DNA from: Octopus bimaculoides
Taxonomy: Eukaryota
Assembly: GCF_001194135.2 (NCBI RefSeq)
Contig: NC_069003.1
Span: forward strand, 31,344,268-31,386,565
DNA: 42,298 nt
Direction of reading: 5' to 3'
Under the pieces are notes generated by a model. The model did no database searches, was not told the origin of the DNA, and worked only from the letters and a program-made list of their open reading frames with translations. Below, one piece after another: positions 10,277 through 22,640 of this stretch. The translations under genes were made by a program, and so were the position numbers. Numbering within the stretch: position 1 is the stretch's first letter; every line of letters starts with the position of its first letter.

Positions 10277-10363
10277 CTAATTTATGATGAATGCCTGTAA
10301 TTGTAACATTATATATACTAATTTATGATGAATGCCTGTAATTGTAACATTAAATATACTAAT
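10277..10363. repeat. 41-bp tandem duplication (2 copies, 1 mismatch)
   Basis: ctaatttatgatgaatgcctgtaattgtaacatta(t/a)atata at 10277 and 10318. Confidence 0.95.
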
Positions 10364-11316
10364 GTATAAATAATTCAGTATATATTTGAATAAATGCTTT
10401 TGTGTGTCTTCCTGGATATATATATATTTGAATATATAAAGTACTTCTAAAATAACTTTACAGTTTTATTTACTTTTTATCATTATCCGACAACGATTTA
10501 TTTGTTTGACCTCTTACACTTCACCCAAAAGGTTAAATGACAAAGTTGATGTGTTGTTAAAATACCAGCTTATGTATTTTGCACTGACAACCCACTTCAG
10601 CTAATGTTTTTTTATCACACTAAGTCAGAATTATAGCCATTCATTATAGTTCGCATCCGGGATGGGCAGCATTGTTTTCGAGAAGTGTGCCACTTGAAAC
10701 TTAGCTCACCATCAAGCAGGCCACACTACTGAAATATTCAAGGTAATTCTTTTATTAGGTATGCCAGCCAGAGTCTTACAGATCACAGTTTACCCATGGC
10801 TGGTTTACATGGTGGGAGAGCAAATAAAGATGCCATTCATTCTGAACAAAGTTATTTTGGAATGAAGTTAATCTTTAGTTAAGTCATTTGGAATGAAACA
10901 TTATGAGCAAACAGTACTTTCAGCAAAGGTTTTTTGCTAAACCGCTAAGTCACAGACATAAACAAACCAACACCAGTTGCCAAATAGAAGTGGGACACAC
11001 TCACACATATACTCACATATGATGGGCTTCTTTCCAGTTTCCATGAACCAAATCCACTCAGAAGGCTTTAATCAGCCCATCAATAGAGATTCCTTCATTT
11101 GAGGGACATTTGGCTGCTATCCTTAACAGATACAGAATCTGTTATGGGCTGAATTGTTGTGTGGATAATAATAGTTTAATCAGCAGATAAGCTGATTAAT
11201 GATATGCGTGAGATTAGGCAGTTTGATCAGAAACTTGTGAAGAGAATTTTCATTCATTTTTCTCAGTTATCAAAGAAGAAAAAAAATCACTCAAAATTAC
11301 TTCATTTTAGGATCGT

Positions 11317-11519
11317 TTTTTTTACTTGTTTTAGTCATTTGCCTACGGCCATGCTGGAGCACTGCCGTTAGTCAAGTAAATCGACTCCAGGACTTATTCT
11401 TTGTAACCCTAGTACTTATTCTATTGGTCTCTTATGCCGAACCACTAAGTTACAGGGATGTAAATGCACCAGCATCAATCGTCAAGTGATGTTGGTGGGT
11501 GACAAAGACAGACAGATAA

Positions 11520-11589
<70 letters not shown>

Positions 11590-11741
11590 GATGGACTTCT
11601 TTCAGTTTCCATCTACCGAGTCCACTCACAAGGCTTTGGTCAGCCCGAGGCTATAGAAGAAGACACTTGCCCAAGGTGTCACACAGTGGGACTGAACCTG
11701 GAACCATGTGGTTGGTAAGCAAGCTACTTACCACACAGCCA
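11317..11741 (-). mobile_element. SINE family 1, full-length copy
   Basis: Complete reverse complement including (CA)n core. Confidence 0.9.
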
Positions 11742-11991
11742 TATTTTTAAAAATTATTGTATGGGTTAATGATTGTTTTTCAGTATGTTTCATATACGTG
11801 CAATGCATTAATATTACATGACTTAAAATTTACGTTAATTTGAAATTTAATTTTTCTCACCAATATTTACACTACCTTTTGAAGGCTATGTTTTATTCAC
11901 AAGAAATGAAAGAACAGAAAAGAAAATGCAAAACGAAAATCAAAGTAACTGTTTTTATTAACTGCACACATACCCAACACATGAACGCAAG

Positions 11992-12035
<44 letters not shown>

Positions 12036-12626
12036 GACTCTATTAAAATTCTACCACAAATGATTCAGTGAGAAACAGATTCATGAAGACAATAATAATA
12101 ATATTCTATCTATTTGTCCGGTGACCTTAATATCAAACAATTGCTTAATTGTTTAAGGAGAGATGACATTTGCTTGACACAGTTGTCCTGAATTTCTGTA
12201 TACATTTTATTTATTTCTATTATTTTAGTTTTGTTGTTTTGTTTTTTCTTTTGCCCTTTCATATCAAGTATTCTTTAAATTTCCTTTGTTGTGGTAGAAA
12301 AGCTTGTCAAGTCTTCAAGTTACTTGAAGAAAGCAACACAGATATCAAAAACCTAGAAAACCTTGAAGCAATCAAACACCACCCTGTGGTTAATTTTTGT
12401 CAAGATCTCTTCCATTTTGTTATTTATGTTGTTCTTGGTTTAATAGAAATAAAATTATATTTTACTAACAGCTTTCAAATTCTATTTTAACCCTTCTGTG
12501 ACCATATTCCTGCTGAAATACACTTTACTATGGTTTTCACTTAATTTAGAAAATAATCAAAGTAACCAAACCCCATCTCTTAATTGAGACGGGGTTTGGA
12601 GCATAACATTTCTTATGTTATTGTTT

Positions 12627-13090
12627 CAAAGGCAATAAAGCAGTGAGCTGGCAGAATTGTTAGCATGCCGGGCGAAATACTTAGTGGTATTTCATCTGCC
12701 TTTACATTTTGAGTTCAAATTCCATCGAGGTCGACTTTGCTTTTCATCCTTTGAGGGTTGATAAATTAAGTATCAGTTGCATACTGGGGTCAATCTTATC
12801 GACTGGCTCCCCTCCACCAAAATTTCGGGCCTTGTGCCTAGAGTAGAAAAGATTACTACAAAGGCAATAAGGTGGTGAACTGGCAGAAGCGTTAGCAGGC
12901 CGGGCGAAATGCTTAGTGGTATTTCGTCTGCCTTTACATTCTGAGTTCAAATTCCGCTGAGGTCAACTTTGCCTTTCATCCTTTCGGAGTCGATAAATTA
13001 AGTACCAGTTGTGTACTGGGGTCAATCTAATCGACTGGCCCCTTCTCCAAAAATTTCGGGCCTTGTGCCTAGAGTAGAAAAGATTATTAC
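12627..13090 (+). mobile_element. SINE family 2 head-to-tail dimer (232-bp period)
   Basis: Both units start caaaggcaataa (12627, 12859) and end gagtagaaaagatta(c/t)tac. Confidence 0.92.
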
Positions 13091-14617
13091 AAAAACAATT
13101 TATTATTTAAAATGAAACTTAATATAAGAGGTTTTTTTAATAAAAGAATCAGAGATGATCTCGGGTGGATTGGTACCATTAAAACCAAGTATTTTATTGG
13201 ACTTCTTGTATTGTCATTATCATTATCATCATCATCATGCACTCTAAAGTCAAATCTCACCAAGGTCAACTTTGCTTTTTGTCCTTTCAGGGTGCATATA
13301 GCATCAGTTCAGAATTGGATAAGGTCAATATTCTTCTCCCTTCCCCCCTCTCCCTACCTCCTCTCCCTTCCTACATTCCCCTTCCCTCTCTACCTGTCCC
13401 TCTCTCTCCTCATATCATTCAGAACCAGAAGAAATGCTACTGAGTATTTTACCTGACATGCTAACGATTCTCCTAGATTGTCACCTTTAGCTATTTGCAA
13501 AAGATTGATGGATATGTACCAGTTTGAGCTGAATATATTAGTGATATCATCAACTAAAACCCTTGATGGTGGTGCCCCAGAATGGCCTTAGTCTACTGTC
13601 AGAAAATGATAAAAGAGAAAGTGTATGTTGTCAAATAGCATAACATATACATCAAGTACTACTTAATTATGTTCTCCAAGCAAGCAGATTTCTTCTTCAA
13701 TTTCAATTAAGTTCATTCATTTAATTACAATTGAAAAAAAAAACAATAACAATGTTAGTCTTTGTGATTGGAAGGTTGGACGATTCTTGTGTTTCTTGCT
13801 TTCATTTTGTTATGAAAACCAACTACCTTTTTCCTTCGCCGCTTTAAAACAATTATTTAATTTGAGATAAAACAATTAGTTTATAGGTGTTTGTTTTAGT
13901 ATTTCGATACAAATACATCTCGAGCATTTTACGAGAAAGATATAGAAATAGAAGAGAATAATAGGTGAAACCAAATACATACAAAGATTCGTTTTTTTTT
14001 TTTGTTAATCATTTTTGTGTTAAAAGAATACAGAAATCTAAAAGAACGTTTTCTGATTTCTTTATGTAAACAAGATTGAATTCCTCTTGAGTAATTGAAC
14101 AATATTATTTGGCTTCTCAAAGTAATGGATGCAGGCCAGGTATATCTAAATGGTTCAGAAGCTAGCTTTGCAAACACATGGTTCTAGGTTTCATGGTACA
14201 TTGTCTATCATAGCCTTATGTTAATCAATACTTTGCTAGTGGCATTTGTTAAACAGAAACTGTGAAAGCCCAACCTCTCTCTCTCTCTCTCTCTGTAAAC
14301 AGTTGTTCATGAGATTGTAATGTCTAGCAAAGCTATAGTCTAGCTGACCCTTCTCTTTCTGTCCACAGTGAAATTGTGTAAACAAAAGCAGTCATTCATT
14401 TGCATCTATCTTATGTATTAATTTTAATTTGTTTACATACATAGGGCTGGCTCAAGTTTAGGATTTATTTTGCAGTGTATAGCGCCAGCAGGTTTGGGAA
14501 AATCCTAGGTCTTATACATGGATAGTATTATAATCCCTTACAAAACCTCTTTTCCAAATTTTAAGCCCCAAAATAGGGGATTTTTTACATGTTAAAATAT
14601 GATGTTTTATTCATCCC

Positions 14618-14932
14618 AAACAGACAAAAAGGCAAAGTCAATCCCAGTTGAATTTGAACTCAGAACACAAAGACAGACGAAATGCCATTAAGCATTTTAC
14701 CTGATGTGTTAACGATTCCACCAGCTTGCCACCTTCATCATCATCATCATCATCATCATCGTTTAACGTCCGCTTTCCATGCTAGCATGGGTTGGACGAT
14801 TTGACTGAGGACTGGTGAAACCGGATGGCAACACCAGGCTCCAGTCTGATTTGGCAGAGTTTCTACAGCTGGATGCCCTTCCTAACGCCAACCACTCAGA
14901 GAGTGTAGTGGGTGCTTTTACGTGTCACCCGC
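14618..14932 (-). mobile_element. SINE family 2 head fragment plus family 4 tail with (CAT)n
   Basis: Family motifs; cgtttaacgtccgctttccatgctagcatgggttgg...ggatgcccttcctaacgccaacc. Confidence 0.85.
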
Positions 14933-15464
14933 AACCTTATATTGCAATAAAATAACGAAAGAGATATTTACTTAGCTGGTGAGTATTATTAGATAAATAA
15001 AGTATGCAAAAGAGAATTAGATGTAACATATATGAAAAATTATGCAAATTGGTAATCAGATATCATTTAGAGACAACGAGAAAAACCACCCTCTGTTAGT
15101 ATTATATTTTCATATGTATTTTGCTGTTTTTTTTTATTTCTCTCAGTTACCCTTAGTTTCTTCCTTGCATCTCTTAAAGATTCCAAAATGAACATCGGTA
15201 CTAAATTATAAGCATTATAAGCTGTGAGTCTAAGATATCAAAAATGATAATACATTTAAGAAAATGCACCAGTAGTTTATTACAGTGACGTATTTTTTTC
15301 TTCATTTTGCAATTTGGCCCTGTTGGAGCTCAGCTTTTAAAGGTTTTGTTAAGTATATTGCCCCCACCCCCACTCTGTCTTTGTGTGTTATTTATTCTAT
15401 TGACCGAAGAGGGAGAAAACATGACCTCAACATGGTCTAACAATCTTATATGTAATTCATCTTG

Positions 15465-15632
15465 GTTATGTTAAGGGTACACATGTCTGCTTTCCAACCA
15501 CATTGTTCCAGGTCCAGTTCCACCATGTGGCACCTTGGGCAAACGTCTTCAACTATAGCCTCAGGCCAACTGGAGCCTTGTGAGTGGATTTGGCAGACAG
15601 AATCTGAAAGAAGCCCATCATATATATGAATG

Positions 15633-15723
<91 letters not shown>

Positions 15724-16090
15724 AAGTATGTATGTATGTGTGCGTGTGTCTTTGTCTTGGTGTTTGTCCCCCACAACTGCTTGACAACTGGTGTTCGTGT
15801 GTTTATGTCCCCATAATGTACCAATTCAGCAAAGGGTATTGATAGAATAAGTACCAAGCTTATAAAAAAATAAGTTCTGGTGTCAATTGATTCGACTAAA
15901 AATTCTTCAAGGTGGTGCCCCAGCATGGCCACTGTCTACTGGCTGAAACAAGAAAAAGATACAAGGTGATTGCCATCCACCAGATTTCACTTGGGTTTGG
16001 TTGACCTGATGATATAGCAGAAGGCACTTGCCCAAGGTGAGATCGAACCTAAAACTATAAGGTTGTGAACCAAACTGCTTGCACACAAGA
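15465..16090. mobile_element. SINE family 1 full copy (+, ~15465-15962) followed by an inverted head (~15975-16090)
   Basis: Family-1 motifs with a long (AT)(GT) core. Confidence 0.85.
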
Positions 16091-16899
16091 GTATTGACCA
16101 ACTGATGTAGTATCCATGGTAACAGAAATATCACTAGTCTCCTAAAGTAGTTATGTTGTAAATGTCTGTGCAATTCTGTACATTGTAAAGGAGTAAAAGA
16201 AATTATTCTTTTATTGGTTCAAGCCAGTAGGTTGTGGTGGCCATGCTGGAGCACAACAACTACCAAGGTAGTGGTTTTCAAACTGATAAATTCCAGACCC
16301 TGCTCCTCTCACCGAAATATTATGGAAATATTTTTGTCCCCTCTCTCTTTATTAATGAGAAGATAAAAAAAAAATTATTTTGCATTCATATAATTTTTCA
16401 CTTTGATTCGGTGTTGGACAAGTTTTAAAAGTTTATAAAAACAAAAAAAAAATATCTCGATTTTAGCAATTTGTCTGTCCATTATTTTTAAGTCCTCAGG
16501 GCTTCCATATGCCATAAGAAACACTTGTTAAATCATTGATATCATTGATTAATGTTTTAGCAATATTTCCAGTTTTGAAAGACAATTCAAACACAAATCA
16601 TAAAAATGTTGAGAAAATTTTAGTTGCTTTATTAGATGTTATGGAAATTAATTAGAAATATTTGACGTTCTTGACATTTGATGGTAAAATCAAAGTATTG
16701 AGTAAAATTCTGTGTAGTATTTGATTACATCATTTTATAATCAGAATTTAAATTGCTCTCAGGTTTGTTTTGCTTTTTCATCCCTCTGTACTTGACAGAA
16801 GATTTTGACAGCCAAATACTAGCGGCAGTATAATGTGTTCTTGAAGACAGTGACCAAGGATGGTCACAGGACAACATATATGAATGTTACCTAGCTGAA

Positions 16900-17635
16900 C
16901 CTTCTCTGACCTGGGTCCCTGTGTCTAACTTTGCCCTCTACCTGGGCTCCTGAACAAAAAAAAAAATAGTTACATATACAGCTCAAGAACAATGATTGCA
17001 GGCAAACTAAAAGGCAGAAACAGACAAAAAAATTCGGAAGAATAACAATAATAAGCCTTTCTCTAAACTACCATACTTGTTAGGTAAAACTAATGGACAG
17101 AACACAAAAGAAAAATTCATGAGAATAACAAAATAGACCTATCTGTCATCTACCATATTTGTTCACCTGAATCGCTAATTTCCTCATCACTTTCACCAGT
17201 TTGATTGTCTGAATCAATCTTCCTGAGCTTCTGAGCAAATAAATAAACACTTACACATACAGTTCAAGAGTAACAATAGTGGGCAAATTAATGGACAGAA
17301 TCATCTGCATCTTCTTTTCCTATATATGTGTTCATTACCATTTTACCAGGAATCTGGCAGCGATGATGTTTAACCCTTTCGTTACTAACCCGGCTGAAAC
17401 CACCTCTGGCTCTGTAGTACAAATGTCTAGTTTTCATAAGTTTTGAATTAAAATCTTCCACCAAACTTTAGTCAAAATTTAGGTTCCTAACATTAGCTAA
17501 ATGATAACTAAGTTATTTTACTAAATTCTTTGTTATATTTAAAATAATTAAAAGAAACACAGAGCATCTCAAAATAAATACAGTAACGAAAGGGTTAACC
17601 TATTCCTGCTACAGCAGGTATATGGTGCGACAGGG
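16900..17635 (-). mobile_element. Non-autonomous piggyBac-derived element, copy 1 (contains nested MITE)
   Basis: Ends ...cgacaggg|TTAA; other end is degenerate cc(t)tctctgacc; homologous to 20180-20938; ~80-bp internal repeats and an acidic coding relic. Confidence 0.7.
17374..17594. mobile_element. piggyBac-like MITE family A (221 bp)
   Basis: Perfect 13-bp TIRs CCCTTTCGTTACT / AGTAACGAAAGGG; TTAA at 17370-17373 and 17595-17598. Confidence 0.93.
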
Positions 17636-17899
17636 TTAACACCACTGCCATGGCCCTTTCCTGCTTTAAGTGAAATCCTTTCTGTTTCATTTATTATAAC
17701 CAAGTTATGGTTTTGATTAATGGTTTGTCTGCTCAGTCAAGAAAGACCTGTGGCTAAACAAACTATTGCAAATGAATTTGAATTTTATTAAAATCAGCAA
17801 AATTATCAATCATTAAAATTAGCAATTTCTAAATATATCACTTGTTCTTCTAGTACTTAATATCTTCGCTAGATTCTGTCTAGCTTTAAATCCCCACTT

Positions 17900-18330
17900 T
17901 TTGAAACTTCATTGTTCCTAGGCTAAATTGCAACACTAAAGAGTCAATTAAATGGTGTTTCATTAGATAGTCTGCTTCAATCGATTAACAATTAACCCTG
18001 TTCTGTTCTCATTAATAATCGCATTGCTGCTCTCAACTGCTCTTAGCTTCCTTTATTTCTGTCTGTATCATTTCAATCAAGTCAGCTTATCTCACATGTC
18101 ATATTTAGTGAGTTTAAAATGTTGTTTAGGTTTCTTGACATTCTGAAAGTATAAATGACCCTTGCAAATGTTATTCAACATTCTCACATTGCCTTTCGTA
18201 GCTCAAATTTCATTGGTTAAACTGTTTAAGCCCTCACTTTACCTTTTATAGAGTCACCCATATTGCTGCACCAAATTGAAAATATACATCCATTATCCTT
18301 CCATAAAATAAATGAAACAACAAAAGATTG
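17900..18330 (-). pseudogene. Possible highly decayed CR1/L2-type LINE RT C-terminal relic
   Basis: Broken minus-strand frames QFGAAIWVTL*K...NLSYERQ...ARVIYTFRM loosely match LEYGS.IW.P...NLSYEERL...R.DLI.TFKI; many stops and shifts. Confidence 0.3.
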
Positions 18331-18399
18331 AAACAGTAAGAGAGCCCCTAAATATTTTTTTGATTTGCTTGAAATATCAATCAAATCTCCCTTATTCTG

Positions 18400-18640
18400 C
18401 GTGCGAATGTTGCCTTTTATCCTTTCAGGGCTGATGAAATAAGCACCAGTTGAGCTCTAGGGTCATTATAAATGACTAGTCCCTCCCAACAAAACTTCAG
18501 ATCTTGTTCCTATAGTAAAAAGTGTTATTATTTGAGTTCAAATTCCACTGAGGTCAACATCGCCTTTCATCCTTTCGGGGTCGATTAAATAAGTGCCAGT
18601 TACACATTGGGGTCGATGTAATTGTCTTAATCCCTTTGTC
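18400..18640 (+). mobile_element. Two tandem partial SINE family 2 copies
   Basis: ttgccttttatcctttcaggg... followed by tttgagttcaaattccactgaggtcaac...ggggtcgatgtaattg. Confidence 0.75.
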
Positions 18641-18981
18641 TGTTCTTGTTTGTCCCCTCTATGTTTAGCCCTCTGTGGGCAATAAAGAAATAAATTATTA
18701 TTATCATGAGTATTTTCCTTTTTTTTTGTTTTGGCCAATTTGTTAAATTAATTATCATCAACATCATCATCAGTGGCTAAAACAGTTGTTGAACTTTTTT
18801 TTTTTTTTGAAGTTTGCTTTGCATTTTAGAAAATTCTTCAAAATGATATTTTTTGAAATAGAGAAAAAAATTTTAAAAACTCAACCACATTGCAACAGTT
18901 CACAAACAAGTGGTGCTTTCAAACAAAAATCAATTCCTTGTTATCTACAATTCACAGAACAAACATCATGTAATTTCTCAC

Positions 18982-19035
18982 GATCGATTTCTTTGGAATT
19001 AGGTCTCTCCATATATCTTTTCCATGATATTACAT
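18982..19035 (-). CDS. Candidate 54-nt internal exon, unknown gene
   Basis: Acceptor ttatatttcAG, donor ATC|GTGAGA; only open frame is phase 1-1 (D)VISWKRYMERPNSKEID. Confidence 0.25.
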
Positions 19036-20179
19036 CTGAAATATAATTTATAAACATTATTTTTTATTAAAAACATGACTTAAGAGTTTTAACATAATTT
19101 ATACTTTGGACCATAGTTTCATTTTTCCTCTTTCTTTTCCTTCAAGAAAAAGTTGATGTCACAGCAAAAGAAGTCAGCCCTATTGGGATTGTAATAAAAT
19201 GGTATAAATTGATAGGCTGTTTTCTGTTGTTCTTGGTATTGTTTGCTAACTCTGGCTCAACGTTTGTATAAATAAACCTATGATCCAAGGCGTTCCCCTC
19301 ATGATTATCCTGTCTTTTTAAGTGCATCAAGGGCTTCATTGCTGAGGTTATACACACAAACATAAGAGGACGGGTTTGATTCCTTGTTGGGTGGAATGTT
19401 GTGTCATTGAGTAATTCACTTTATTTTACTTTTCCTGTGTTTACTCAGTCATAAATGAATACCAGCCCAGCATTGATGCAGCCCTTTCTACCTCCATCTC
19501 TCGAACCTTGGATGTTCCACTACAGCAAGGTTGCAAGAACCAAGAAGTCTACTTGTCTCCATGCACAACTACATAGGCACCTAAAACAACTGGCAGAAGC
19601 ATGGAACATGCTACTTAGTCACACTCCCTCGTGAATGATGGCTATTGTATAGGACGATATTATCCTGTGTGTCCTTCCTAGCTTATGACAGTGGTAGTTG
19701 ATTTGAGGAAGTTTTGGCTATTATTTTCAGTTAAATAACTACATAGATTACCTCTCAGTTTTGGTTGGTTTGGATTTGAGAAACTGGTGACAATAGAATA
19801 TAAACGATAGGGATACATAAAACAACAATGTCTTCCAAGAAGTGAAGAGAATACAAAAATTCCAAAGTTAGAATCAGATGTAAATAACTGAGATTTTACA
19901 TAAATGAGATTAATGTGCAGAGAAGATTTAATACACACAGATGCAGAAACACACAAGATGTGGATTTCACAAACCACATTCAAGGGCAACCTGTCCTAAA
20001 ATGCATTCAATGCATCCTAAAATGCATTCAAAGTGGTTTGTGTAGGGCAGGACATCCTTCTGTAAGGAAATGGTATCATGAAACCTGATTGATACTCAGT
20101 AACAACAGGGTAGACTTTGCTAAAAGTGTCCAAACATTAAGTAGTGATCGTAATGGGTAGCAGCAGTGGTAGGTATTAA

Positions 20180-20938
20180 CCCTCTTAGACCTGGGCCTCT
20201 GTGTCTAACTTTACTCTCTACCTGGGTTCCTGAGCAAAAAAATAATAATAAATAGTTATATCTACAGCTCAAGAGTAATGATTGCAGGTAGGCTAATGGA
20301 CAGAATCACAAAAAAAAATTCAAGAGAAAAACAATAGGCTTATCTCTCAACTATTGTATTTGTTTATTGCAGGCAAACAAATGGAGAGAATTACAAAAAA
20401 AATTCAGAATAACAATATAAGCCTTTCTCTCAACTATTATGCTTGTTAGGCAAAGTAACAGACAGAATTACAAAATAATCCATAAGAATAACAGTAATAA
20501 ACCTATCTATCAACTACCATATTTGTTCACCCGAATTGCTAATTTCCTCATCACTTTCACCAATTTGATTGTCCAAATCACTCTCATTGTCTGCGTAAGA
20601 TTGAACTCTTTGTTCGAAGAATAAACATCATCAATAATTTCCTCAACTGTAAAGAGTCTAGGCCTTGCTTGTTTACCAGATGAGATACTGGGTTCATCAC
20701 ATGCTCATTTCATCACACAAATTCATTTTTCAATTAAAAAACAAAAGTAAATATTAGCTATAGGGGACAACGAGTCACAAACACACTTGACTACGAAGTT
20801 GTAATGTGGTGGGTTGTCTATTTTTGGCATTTTATCTTCTTTTTCTATGTGTGTTGTTCATTGCTGCTTTAATGGAAATCTGGTAGAGATTACATTTAGG
20901 CTATTCCTGCTATACCAGGAACACAGGATAAAACTGGG
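20180..20938 (-). mobile_element. Non-autonomous piggyBac-derived element, copy 2, with transposase-like N-terminal relic (~20512-20708)
   Basis: TTAA|CCCTCTTAGACC end at 20176-20191; three ~80-bp tandem units (~20285-20527); minus-strand relic ACDEPSISSGKQARPRLFTVEEIIDDVYSSN / SYADNESDLDNQIGESDEEISNSGEQIW* resembles acidic piggyBac transposase N-termini. Confidence 0.65.
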
Positions 20939-21494
20939 CAATGAATTAAGTCTTTAATCCATCAAGAATCAAAATCTGTGCATGTGTTCTTAATGTCTTA
21001 ATGGTTGGAACTGGCTTAAAATACTCTTGAAAAATATGACTTAAATTTTTAAAGTTTTAACATAATTAATGGCGGTGCCTCAGCATGGCCACAGCTCATG
21101 AGCTGAAACTAGATAAAATGATAAAAAATGAATAATTTATACTTTGTACCATAGTTCAAATTGTTTTTCTTTTCCATCAAGAAATAGAGTCACAGCAAAA
21201 AAAGTTAGCCCCGTTGGGGTTGTAGTAAGGTATTATGGGCCGAGAGACTGCTAAAATTCTGTCCCTTCCTGAGTGGGAGCAACCATATTGGCAAAAGACA
21301 CCAATAGAATAAATACTAGACTAAAAAAAAAAGAATGAAAAATAAACATAAGTACTGGGGCCGATTTGTTTGACTGAAACCTATCAAGGTGGTGCTCCAG
21401 CATGGCCACAGTCCAATGACTAAACTTAGTAAATGACAAAAGAATAGTTGTTTTGCATTAAATATAGTGCACAAAATATTAGGGTAGTGTGTGT

Positions 21495-21510
21495 GGGCGG
21501 GGTGGGGCGG
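21495..21510 (+). promoter_or_regulatory. Paired GC boxes (GGGCGG x2) in a CpG-retaining non-repeat segment
   Basis: gggcggggtggggcgg; function unverified. Confidence 0.25.
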
Positions 21511-22004
21511 CTGCCTTTATGGTATAATACCTCTTAAGTCAATGCCGCCTTTTATCATCGCTGCCATGAAAATCGCATTTACCATAAGTAAACCAAGGTA
21601 TACCTTTCCATCCTTTCATCTGCCGAATAACTTAGCTAAATTGTCGGTTTGGTTTTGTTCTATCCAAACCTACTAACAAAGATGAAGTCAATCACTTTTT
21701 TTTTTGCATCTCTCCAAAATGTGTGTGTCATAAATAGTTATGACTTCCTTTCAGTGAAAAACTACACCTGAGTACACCACACACACACATATTAACATAC
21801 ACACACAAATGCATACAGACCCGTTTGTGTGTGTGGGTATGTATATGTGTGTGTGTGTGTGTGAGTGTGGAATAATTATAAGAATTTAACTCGGCATAAA
21901 TCATAAAAAAGTTATATATTTCCAAGCTTATCTACACTTTAAAGCAAGACTTCACCCAGAAATGACTTCATTCTTTCTTTTGGTTTTCCCTTTCGTTTTT
22001 TCTC

Positions 22005-22640
22005 TTTCTTATTTCTCTCCATTTGTTTCCTGATCTTTCTCTCTTCCTCTCTCCATCTCTTTCTCTCTCCAAATCTTTCTCTCTCCAAATCTTTCTCTCT
22101 CCATCTCTTTCTCTATCCCTCTCTTTCTCTGTTACTCTCTTTCTCTTTCCCTCTCTTTCTCTGTTACTCTCTTTCTCTCTCCATCTCTCTCTCTCTTTCT
22201 CTCTCCATCTCTCTCTCTCTTTCTCTCTCCATCACTTACTTTCTCCCTCTCCGTCTCTCTTTCTCTCGCCATCTCTTTCTCTATCATTCTCTATCCATAT
22301 CTCTCTCCAGCTCTCCATCTCTTACTCTCTCCACCACTTACTTTCTCCCTCTCTCTATTCATCTCTCTCTCTCTATCCATCCCTCTCTCTATCCATCCCT
22401 CTCTCTATCCACCCCTCTCTCTCTATCCACCCCTCTCTCTCTCTTTCCCTCTCTCCATCTCTTACTCTCTCTTTATCACTTACTTTCTCCCTCTCCATCT
22501 CTTTCTCTCTCCATCTCTTTCTCTATCCATCCCTCTCTCTACCTCTCTCTCTCTCTCTCTACCCTTCTCTCTCTCTATCGATCTCTCTCTCTCTATCCAC
22601 CCCTCTGTCTATCCATTCCTCTCACCATCTCTTTCCCTCT
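22005..22640. repeat. ~630-bp degenerate (CT)n polypyrimidine tract
   Basis: Nearly all C/T on + strand with recurring tctctctccatctct / ctctctctatcc subunits; the 225-aa S/L ORF is an artefact of it. Confidence 0.95.

Noticed and set aside
10650-10742. AG...GT-bounded 93-nt segment
   Set aside because: Stop codons in all three frames.
12170-12490. 106-aa ORF with protein-like middle (KACQVFKLLEESNTDIKNLENLEAIKHHPV)
   Set aside because: No convincing donor site and no family recognised; flanks are low-complexity T-rich. Not excluded as an exon.
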